DNA of 64,000 nucleotides from NCBI GenBank assembly GCA_016748015.1, contig JAAOMT010000009.1, positions 1,613,924 through 1,677,923 of the forward strand, given 5' to 3'. This DNA comes from Geosiphon pyriformis uo1. Lineage: Eukaryota > Fungi > Glomeromycota. The stretch's first letter is position 1. The number at the start of each line of letters is the position of its first letter. The notes beneath the pieces were generated by a model that worked only from the letters and a program-made list of their open reading frames with translations, did not search any database and was not told where the DNA came from. Positions 1-10,087 of the stretch are shown in pieces. The position numbers were made by a program, and so were the translations under genes.

Positions 1-631
1 TAGCTTTAAAAACAATACCTGAATTATCCATTACTGTTACTGAAAAACACATTAATTATACCCAAACAGAAGTAGTTACAAATTTAGCCCCAAATGCACA
101 AAAATATTACCCGTATAAAAAGAACACAAGAAGTTATTCTGGAATTCACCTGCCAGAACTTTTAAAGCTTGCTTTAAGAGAAAACTTAATGCTCACTCCT
201 ATTAGTATTCTACCAAATGCTACTATTCAACAAAAACTTCAATTGTGTCTTAATGAAGAAAACTACAACTATACTTCAATATATAGATATTTCTACATTG
301 GAAAAACACTTTACAAACAAAAATAGGAGCTTACAGCAGCAAATTTCACAAAAGAAGCTATTCGGAAACAACTCCACAACAAATTCAAGACAACAACTGG
401 ACCTACAAACAGTCATTATAAACTAAGAGCTGCTCTTTGACTTTATGACCTATTTCACACCTGTGAAAACGTCCTACAAAACCCAATTTTACAACCTTTG
501 AAGATTTAATACATTGAAAAATTCACAAAACTGAAATTTCAACAATTTTCAGACCAAATTTTTTCAATAATTTTGGATTACTATCTGAAAATTACAGACA
601 GTATTTGGACTTCAATGGAGCTTAGTCTTGA
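1..631 (+). pseudogene. ORF3 (3' accessory ORF) remnant of element X
   Basis: The frame through 282/426 reads YRYFYIGK...TGPTNSHYKLRAAL*LYDLFHTCENVLQN...KFTKLKFQQF, which aligns by eye to ORF3 of A and B. Confidence 0.65.
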
Positions 632-847
632 GAAGAAGGTTATGTTACCAGACAAAATTAGAGATATTGCTTAACATAAAATTATCTTTATAATTCTTAT
701 CATTAATAAGCATTTCAAATTATCACTTATTACATTAACAAAATATCCGAAATTATCATTTAATTAATAATTCAATTTGTACATAACACAAATGTAATCT
801 AATTGCAATGATCAATCATGCAATACACTGAACTAGATAACATTCAA

Positions 848-963
848 AAAGTTTGCCGAAATTTGTAGAAATTTGCCGAAATAATTGATAGTTTACCGAA
901 ATATTTAATAGTTCACAGAAATAACTTGTAGTTTGCCGAAATGTATCTCTAGTTCAGTGAAAT
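848..963 (+). repeat. U3 tandem array of the X LTR, about 20-21 bp unit (tagtttgccgaaat...) x about 6
   Basis: Visible repeats of gtttgccgaaat / gtttaccgaaat / gttcacagaaat upstream of the TATA box. Confidence 0.8.
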
Positions 964-1525
964 TAAAGAAAATAGCAAAGTTCAAGTTCATAGAATAGTG
1001 TTATGACAAGTTGTATAAAAGAAAAACTTCTCTCTTCGAGAAAATGTATCTTACTTTAGATTTATCACTTAGAATCATTCTTACATACACAAAAAAAAAT
1101 AAAATATCAAATAATTCGAAAAACCAATTTCTTTAAATATTGTACTTGAAAAATTTCCAAAAACCCAACTAACGTTTTGAAATTGATTAGCTACCAATTT
1201 CAGTAAACTGTTAGTAACTCCAGGCCTGGATAAAAAACGTTTCCCTTGACAGAATTCTATTTCTTTTACATTTTCTTTATTTTTCTTTTCTTTTTCTATT
1301 ACAATCATTAGGGTAGCCTACAGACAAGATTCCTGTAGAAGAGTTGACTTTCATAGCAAAATAACTACACATTTTTAGTAAGCTTCCAGATGAGTAATTC
1401 CTGAGAAAAAGTTGATATTTACTACAACGTAACTATACAAAGTAACTGGCACGGTATTACTCATAGAAATATAAAAAATATATTAGCATAATTATTAGCC
1501 AATCAGAAGTAAATGTAGTAAAATG

Positions 1526-1660
1526 TGGAATTCCAGGATTCCTCTCAGGAATTGCAAGATTCCAGGAATTTCAGGATTCCCAACAAGGAATTGCAAAATT
1601 CCAGAATTCTAGGATTCCTCTCAAAGAAATTGCAGGATTCCAGGAATTCCAGGATTCCTG
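1526..1660 (+). repeat. U3 tandem array of the A LTR (caggaattcc/caggattcc units)
   Basis: Visible repeats. About 55 bp shorter in the 3' LTR (10831-10910). Confidence 0.85.
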
Positions 1661-2209
1661 TCGTGAAGAATCGAGAAATTGAGGAATCTCAATTATGTAT
1701 ATATAGCAGTAGTATTAGAAACAGAAAAGACAGAATTGATACCACAGAATTCTTAGCCTAGAAATGCAATCATCAAATAAATAATTATTTTATATCTCCA
1801 TCCAATTCCCCATTATCAACCCTTTATGTTGATAGTAATTGATACTTGACCATGCTAAAACAATAGCTCTTGATCACAGCTATTGATGGGATACTAATCT
1901 GCAAATTGCCTTGGCTTATTTCTTTGCTTTTTTTATTTACTTTTATTTCTTTTTTTCTTTATTTTATTTTGATTTGTTGTTATATACTAATTGAGAAACA
2001 ATTAAGCGCTGAGTTATTGATGTCAAGGATGGCCTGGTAAAAGACCCAGAAATACGGGTAGAATTTTATATATTATTGGATAGCTTACCAAAAAGGCATG
2101 ACTGCCAGACTAAATCCGGCCATCACGCTAAGAAAGAAATTGGGAAAACTCTTGGAAAATATTTCTACTATCGACACTATTGAATCTCTGTCCATTATAC
2201 AAAAGACTC

Positions 2210-2283
2210 AACCAAAACCTTCAGATCCACAACAAAACCTTCAGATCAACCAAAACCTTCAGATCAACCAAAACCTTCAGATA
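2210..2283 (+). repeat. 18-bp tandem repeat (aaccaaaaccttcagatc) x4 in U5 of A
   Basis: Visible here and at 11461-11534. Apparently single-copy in the LTR of C. Confidence 0.85.
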
Positions 2284-2380
2284 TCATACCTTTCGCACAT
2301 CATTCACAAAAGTAGCTTTTGAGCACCAAGTTATAGGTTTGTTATTTAATTCAACAGCAGAAATAATCACCTGTAACATT

Positions 2381-2397
2381 TGGTGCTCCCTGTGAGG
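2381..2397 (+). promoter_or_regulatory. Primer-binding site of A, tRNA-Ile(UAU)-type
   Basis: TGGTGCTCCCTGTGAGG, 2 nt after the LTR. It matches 15/17 the complement of the 3' end of eukaryotic tRNA-Ile(UAU) as I recall it (TGGTGCTCCAGGTGAGG). Confidence 0.8.
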
Positions 2398-2440
2398 TAT
2401 AATTCTACAGAGAACCAGCACTGACAACACCAAACCAAAA

Positions 2441-5400
2441 GTGGCAGAATCAGAAATTATAGGAGCAAACCATTTAGGATTCGCAAAATCTTTATTTCAA
2501 CACTATTGTCAATACTTGGGATTAAACCACAATCATATATCCGCCAAATCAGCCTTCAATTTCTACGTCAACAAAAAGATTTCCTCTTTATTAGGAACAC
2601 CAGTAAACACTGAATCAACAAGAGAAACTTTCTATAAGAAATTAATTCAAAACACCAACTTACTAACAAACCATAATTTTGTATCTATCATCACTGAGAT
2701 CAACAAAAAAATTGAACACCACACTCAACAAAAATATCCAATTACATATGCTAGTAAAGGCAAGAGAAAATTACAAACACCAGTAGTAACATTCCGAAAA
2801 ATACAGCCACTTGCTTGGAAGAAAAATAGAGTTGAATCTCCAAGTAACTCATCATACCACTATACACCTGGAAGTGCCATCGACATATCATCAACTGACA
2901 TGTTTCCATCAACTGTGACATCAGCATTTGGACGATTCCCATTCCAAAGTAGACAAAAAAAAACAGAATTGTTAAGACCATATGGTGAATACTTTGAGGG
3001 ATTTAATTTGCAATTATCAACCTCATCAGGACTTCGATCACCACTGCCTCCACCAGATTTTGGAATCTCTGATCCATAGGAAGCAGCAGAATCAGAAAAG
3101 GAGGAAAAAGAATCAGAGGATCAAGAATTCACTTACTTACACCCGATTCCTGAAAACCCGGAAGTTGAAACCCCAAACATTCAAATTCAGCAACAGTTAG
3201 AAAATCCAGAAATCGAAACTCCGAATATTCGAACGCTGCCAAATCCAAGAAATCAAAACCCTGAATTAATTAATCAGCAAAACTTACCTCCAGTAATCAT
3301 CATTAATCAACTGCCGATTAATCTCATAGCTGAACCCATACAGCAACCACTTCAACTACCACCCCAACAACTACTTCAACAGCCACCACAACCACCTAAC
3401 TTAGACCCAATGGCCTATGCACCCATTGCAAAACTTGACAACTTTACTGGCGAAAAGAATGATGGTCAAATATGGCTTAATGATGTAGAAAAGGCCATCA
3501 CAGCCAATGGATGGAATGATGCTCAAGCAATGCAAGCCATTCCCTACTTTCTCAAGGACACCGCCAATTCATGGTATTAGAGCTTGGTTAATAAACCACA
3601 AGATTTTAATGCCTTCAAAGCGGAATTCCTAAGATACTTCAGCAACAACAATAGCATCAATTACCTAGTCAATACATTCACCACCATGAAACAAGAAGAA
3701 ACTGAAGCAGTCACCACTTACCTGGGATGCTTCCATCAAAACTTGCGCCAAATTCAAGCAATTGACGACGACTATTTCACAGCACCACAGGTACTTAACC
3801 AGTTTATCCATGGCCTACGCAGCAGCATCTTGCAACATGTATGTCTATTGCATCCTGGCACACTTTAAGATGCAGTCACATGTGCCAGAGATTTTGAATC
3901 TGCTGAATCAGAAGTTAACCATGCCCAAGCCGTTAATCTAGTAATGAATGGATCATCTAAATTGGATTCTAAATTGGAGAAGTTTAGTGAATCAATTAAT
4001 AAGAGATTGGAAGGATACTTAGCTGACAATCACGTCATTTATCAGCCTCCATAATGACGCAATAACCAAGAAAATTCCAATCATGGCCAAAATCAACCGC
4101 GTCTATCTTCATCAACTAATCAACAGTGGCAACAGGAAATGCGTATCTGTCACTATTGTGGTAACCAAAAACATATCCAAATTGACTGTCGCCAGTGTTT
4201 AAATAACTAATGATTGGGAAATCAATATCAAAACCCCAATTGCTGGTTCCAAACTCCAAATCATTATCCAAATCAGAGTCAAGACCTATATTGGAATAAT
4301 TACCTGCCAATGACGCAGCAACCAATCTATCAACCGCCAGTATATCAACCTCTGATTTATCAGCCGCAGCCACAAGTAATATATCAACTGCAGCCACAAA
4401 TCATCTATCAATCCCAACCAATTCAAACACTGCCCCAGAACCCAGCTCAAATGACATCAGGCAACTCTTGATCCAGAGTCATTCAAAACTGGAGATCAGC
4501 AATGGTTGTTCACCAACCAATTCTCCGTTTGTTAGACCTATCATCAAGATCACGCACCTGGAATTTGGATATCAGTTGCATCCAAAACCCAAATTCCCAA
4601 CATTATTTAAGTCTTCTGGTTACCCCAGAAAACGCCACATCCAACAACACAGAATCCAATCAGCACGTACCTACCAACACAATTTCACTGGCAACCATCT
4701 CTAGCGATGAATTCCTAGCAGCCATCTTTCCTTTTGAACTCAAAGAAAACACACTAATACCATTATTCAATGGAGCCACCTTCGAAGAGAAACCCATAAC
4801 AGTAATGTACACAAATGCCAGAGTTGATGGTCACTCCATCAAACTCATCTTAGATAGTGAATCAGCTGGCAGCATAATCACATGACAACTTATGGATCAA
4901 TTAGGTCACCAAGTTAATCAAGCTGCCAGTGCCAGAATCATCACAGCTGATAGAACAACCAAAACTCCAATCGGTAAAATCGACGAGTTTCCTCATCAAA
5001 GTTCTAGTAATAAAAACCACTTAATACCAAGCTTTCATTGGTAATGACTGGCTATTCAAAGTCAATGCAACATTAGACTGGAACACCCAGGAACTCCAGC
5101 TAATGTATTAGGGCCAACACATACATGTTCCGGCCACATGTGACCACTTCAAAATGCCTCCAAAAGAGAAACTATTGATCGAACTGGAGGAGAAGAAAAA
5201 AAAGCCTATCTGGGAAGCCTACCAAGTATCATGGGCTGACGAAGAGCACAACAAGCTGCCGCCAATACTCTCCTGGGATGACAACAATAAGAAAAAAGGG
5301 AAACAAAAGGAAGAACTTACCTGAGAAACCGATGACCTGACATGGACTGACAACGACGAGAGCAAACTGACGTCAAGCTGGAAATGGGAAGAAGACAAAG

Positions 5401-8400
5401 AAAATAAAGGGAAAGGAAAAGAAAAAGAGACCACCCAAACCACTACCACTTATAACACCTACACTATTCCACAACGATCTACCTATCGTCGACCTAAGCT
5501 TATATACATCGATTGTGGCAAGAAATTGTCGTTAATGGGTGCATGCTGTGGCGATGATGAGGAATACCACACTGCAACAAAATTCTACTGTCGTCTATGC
5601 TTACTTGAATGCTTCAGATGACTAAAGAGGCAAGGAAAATAGGATAACCAATCTTGTCTCGCTTGTGGGAAGACCCTGCTAGATAAAGGAATGTGGAATG
5701 ACATCCCAGGACATGGAGAAACGTGCAATATGTCATGTCAATACACGATTCTAATAAGTAACTGGGTAAGGAAAAAAACCCCAATAGAAGCAGCCTGGAG
5801 AAGAGCCGTGCAGCGACTGGAGAGTTGTCCACATGATGATGACAAAATTTGGCAAATGGCACTTGCAAAAATCAAAAGAGTGACGCCAGAAGAGATAAAA
5901 ACAATCAAAGACAACCCCCCAGAATCTTTAGAGCTTGACTGGGATGCAGAACCCATCATAAACCTTCTGGATCTGGAACAATTCCACAAACACTACCAAG
6001 AATTAGCACCCACAAGAGAAGAACAAGAACAATGATTAGAGCAGTTAAACATCCAACTATGTCAACACTGCCTAATTTCTTGTGATTTCCAGTATTGTGA
6101 TGAGTGTGATCTCATTTACAATCCACCACCACGCATGATCTACTCAATCCCTGAAGAAGAAGAACCAATTAGCAGCTGCATATTAGAATCAGAATCGCCG
6201 ATCAATTGTGATTCAAACTCTGATGATAACGACAATAACAACGGTTCAAGCTCTGTTCAAATTGGCAATAACGACGAAAACAATTCAGACCCAGATTCAA
6301 AACCCAATGTAAACTATGAACAATACATTGCATTACCAGATCTCTCCAAGGAACAAGAGTTGAAATAGTATAGTGACAATAGGGAAGGTATTATGCCAGA
6401 ACGTGCACACGATATGGATACAGGGTTTGATTTGAGATATTCAGAAAAAGATGCCATCAAATTAGAACTGCATTCACGCACCTGCATTGATCTGAAAATA
6501 GCACTAGAGATTCTGACAACAACAATGGTTCAATTAGCATCTAGGAGTAGCTTAGCAAAAAAAGGGATCAATATAAGAGGAGGAATAATTGACACAGAAT
6601 ATGTAGAAAATATTATTGCCATGCTACAAAATGACTCAGAAAAGGCCTATATAATAGAGCCCAACAAAAAGATAGCACAGACAATATTCCTGCCTCTGAT
6701 TAGAGTAGCTCAGTTAGTGCCAGTGGAAAAAGGGAGGAATTGGGAATAACAGCAAGGGGAATACAAGGATTTGGATCAACAGGTAGAATAGAAGTACCAG
6801 TTAATATGGCAGAAGAAGAAATTGTTGGCCAAGGAGAAATTATCTCAACTGGTCAAGCTATTTCCATTCCACCATATAGCCAGTACATGTTAGCAATAGA
6901 AAAGAAGGAAAAGGAGCAAGAACAGATTTTTGAAGTGGAAGCAACCCTTTGTGAATCAGGAGAGATTGGGTTGATCAATCTCTATATACTAGCCAAAAGC
7001 TATAGCAGCATAAAAATTCCCATCTACAATAACACTGGCAATGTCATCAACATACCAGAAGGAATCATCATTGGATATCTAACCACAGAAATAGAAGACC
7101 AACCACCAAAACCCATTCCAGACTTTCCATAACTTTGTGGATATGTTAACATCACATCACAAACAATCTATGGACGAGACGAATGTTATTTGCTCCAACC
7201 AGAACAATTGGAACAAATGAACATGGGAAACTTAGATCTACTCCAATGTATGCAGCTTAAGATGTTACTCAACAATTTCAATAACATCTTTGCCAGCAAA
7301 AATGAGTTTGGCCGAACTGATATCATCCAGCATCAGATCAAGACTGGAAATGCAATGCCAATCAAACAAAGAGCATACAGAGTGCTACCAGCCAGCCACG
7401 AGATTATTTGTCAAGAGATAAACAGAATGCTTAACAACGGGCTAATTCAACCATCAATGAGCCCATGGTTGTCACCAGTGGTACTTGTCCATAAGAAAAA
7501 TGGAAAAATTCGGTTTTGTGTAGACTACAGGAAACTCAATGATGTAACTCGTGAAGACAGTTATTCAACTCCATGAATACAAGAATTATTTGATGCTTTC
7601 AGTGGGAACAAATGGTTCTCCACATTAGATTTGGACAGTGGTTACTGGCAAGTAGCCATGAATCCAGCTGACAAAGAGAAGACAGCATTTACTACTAGAG
7701 AAGGGAATTTTGAATTTGAAGTAATGCCATTCAGCTTAACCAATGCCCCAGCAACTTTCCAATGGCTAATGGAAATTGTTTATACTGGCTTATTGTGGAA
7801 ATCAGTAGTTGTATACTTGGATGACACCAATGTATTCTCAAAGACGTTTGATGATCATCTTCATCATCTTCAACAAGTGTTCGAAAGACTAAAAAGAGCA
7901 GGACTAAAGTTAAATGCAACAAAGTGCTTTTTTGACAAGACAGAACTCAAATTCTTGAAACACATAGTTAGCAAAGACAGCATCAAAACGGATCCAGAGA
8001 AAATAGAGATAGTAAAAAACTTTCCAGTGCTGACCAATATAACAGAACTGAAATCATTCTTGGGATTCGCCAATTACTATCGTCGTTTTATCAAGAACTT
8101 TTCCAAGATAGCACAGCCACTTAATCAACTGCAAAACAAAAATGCAAAATATGAATGGACAGAAAGTCAACAAGAATCTTTTGATATTCTGAGAAAAAAG
8201 CTCATCCAAACTCCAGTACTGATCTATCCAGATTACAGCAAATCATTCATCATCACCACTGATGCATCCGGCCAAGCATTGGGAGCAGTATTATCTCAGA
8301 GAAGACTGGATGGCAGAGAACATCTAGTAGCATATGCCAGCAGAGGTTTAACACCAGCCAAAAAGAACTATGAAACACCAGAACAAGAACACTTAGCAAT

Positions 8401-8617
8401 ATACTGGGCTGTCATGAAATAGAAAGAATACTTGAGCCAGAAGTTTGAAGTATACACAGATCACAAGGGATTAACATCACTCCAAAAACAAGAATTTGGA
8501 GATGGAAGACAGTCAAAATGGAAAATGGCACTCGCACCATACAATTATACTATACATTACAAAAAGGGAAAAGACAACAAAAATGCTGACGGTTTATTGC
8601 GAATAAGACAAATCTAA
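2441..8617 (+). pseudogene. gag-pol: A ORF1: Gag (N-extension, CA, CCHC)-protease-Cys-rich-dUTPase-dUTPase-like-RT-RNase H polyprotein, multiple stops
   Basis: CHYCGNQKHIQIDC knuckle at about 4147-4190. Protease LILDS(G)SAGS at about 4845. RT motifs IRFCVDYRKLN, SGYWQV, MPF.LTNAP, YLDD. RNase H TTDASG..LGAVL, EHLAIYWA, YTDH, NADGL. Confidence 0.93.
6393..6784 (+). pseudogene. dut: dUTPase domain of A (all five motifs, trimeric type)
   Basis: (A)GFDL, SRSSLAKKG, GGIID.(G)Y.(G), KIAQ.IF and RGIQGFGSTG, with a frameshift near 6740. Confidence 0.92.
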
Positions 8618-8680
8618 GAACATTTCAACCCAAAAATATAATAAAACCAGAACAATACCAACAAAAAATACAACAAAAAG

Positions 8681-10063
8681 ATGAACATACAAAAATATCA
8701 ACAATTGCAACATTATCTAAACACTCAACAGTTCAAGGAGAATTTATCTTATACGGAACGAAGAAGTATTAAACAACAATCAAAATATTTTATCACTCAC
8801 CAAAATATACTTTATTGGAAAAATAGAAGGAATCTAGATTAACCAATCAGAGTAATTATGGAGCCAGAAAAAGAAACAATATTATTCAATATGCACTCAA
8901 ATCCAACAGTAAGACATTTTCACAAAAAAGCAACCATAGAAAAGACTAGAAAAAGATACTATTGGCCATCAATGTACCCAGACATCATTCAATATGTTCA
9001 AAATAATGATGCTTGTCAACAAAGAGGAGGAACAAAACCCAGTGAACCATTAAGACCAATCAAAGTGGAACAATCATTTGACCATATGAGAATTGATTTA
9101 GTTGGACTATTAACAATCACCAGCAGAGGAAACAGATACATAGCAGTAGCTATAGACTATCTTACTAAATGGCCAGAGGCAAAAACAATTCAAAGAGCGG
9201 ATGCAGAATCTGTTGCCGAATTCGTTCATCAGGATTTGATTTGTCGACATGGATGTCCAAAAGAATTATTATCAGACCAAGGAACTTATTTTGTGAACAG
9301 AACATTAACAGAATTAAGCCAAAGATTCGGAATCAAGAGACCATTATCATCACCATACTATCCACAAACCAATGGATTAGTAGAAAGATTCAACAGAACA
9401 TTGTGTGAAGCAATAGCCAAGCTCGGCCAAGAAAACCAGAACGATTGGGATTTGTTCATACCATCAGTACTATTTGCTTATTGGACAATGAAACAGGATA
9501 CTATACAAGCAACACCATTTGAATTAGTATATGGGAGAACAGCAACATTACCAGTAGAAAGAAAAATTAATACATATCCAGCTAAACCAATAACAGAAGA
9601 AAATTTTCAAGAAACATTGCTAAAAAAAACATATGACTTAATAGAAACATTGGAAAACAAATGAAGAAGAGCAGCTGATAATATCCAAAAGTCACAAGAA
9701 ACACAAAAAAAAAGACACAATAGTTAACTACCAAACAAACCAGTTGAATTCAAGATCAGAGACAAAGTATTATTACATTGTACCAAAGTGGAAAAACAAT
9801 AGAGTGGAAAATTTGACCCCAAATGGGACAAACCATTTCACATAGAAGAAATTCTAGGAAATGAAGCTTACAAATTAAGATTGGATAACAAAATTTTAAC
9901 CAAAGCAGCACATAGAGATCGACTAAAACCATATTATAACATCACACTACCATCTACTAATAATATTCCACAATTAGGAGTACAGAGAATACTAGTCCAA
10001 CCAGATAAGATTCCACGAGATCTGGAACCAATCATTACTATCAACAACAACACATTAAATTGA
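8681..10063 (+). pseudogene. int: A ORF2: integrase as a separate ATG-initiated ORF (HHCC, DDE, GPF/Y motif, no chromodomain)
   Basis: ATG at 8681 follows in-frame stops at 8615, 8639 and 8642. Motifs MHSNPT..HF, IDLVG, SDQG, PQTNGLVERFN, KWD.PF. Confidence 0.9.
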
Positions 10064-10087
10064 TCCATCAAAAGAATATATAAAGAC

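Larger units (their letters stand above)
1455..2378 (+). repeat. 5' LTR of A (924 bp)
   Basis: Starts T(A)TTAC (TG>TA) and ends TGTAACA. Direct repeat of 10761-11629. TATA at about 1698. Confidence 0.95.

Noticed and set aside
848-963. CRISPR-like appearance of the short periodic repeats here and in other LTRs
   Set aside because: There are no unique spacers and no cas genes, the context is eukaryotic TE, and the arrays sit in U3.
1525-1761. Repetitive ORFs in LTRs (also 2098-2395, 10829-11011, 11376-11682, 21514-21884)
   Set aside because: They are translations of LTR tandem repeats. Starts and lengths are not conserved between LTR copies.
1841-1880. U1 snRNA-like words (ATACTT(G)ACC...TGATCAC)
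   Set aside because: The other U1 stems and the Sm site are not recognisable, and the 5' word is absent from family B.
2441-8617. Alternative genetic code or programmed readthrough suggested by many in-frame TGA/TAA/TAG
   Set aside because: Internal stops differ between A and C and map to CGA/CAA/CAG/TGG codons, so they are transition damage. Only the post-RNase H stop is shared.
9881-10063. Chromodomain at the integrase C-terminus
   Set aside because: No aromatic-cage pattern (Y.VKW.G...W), only a short DLEPII tail.
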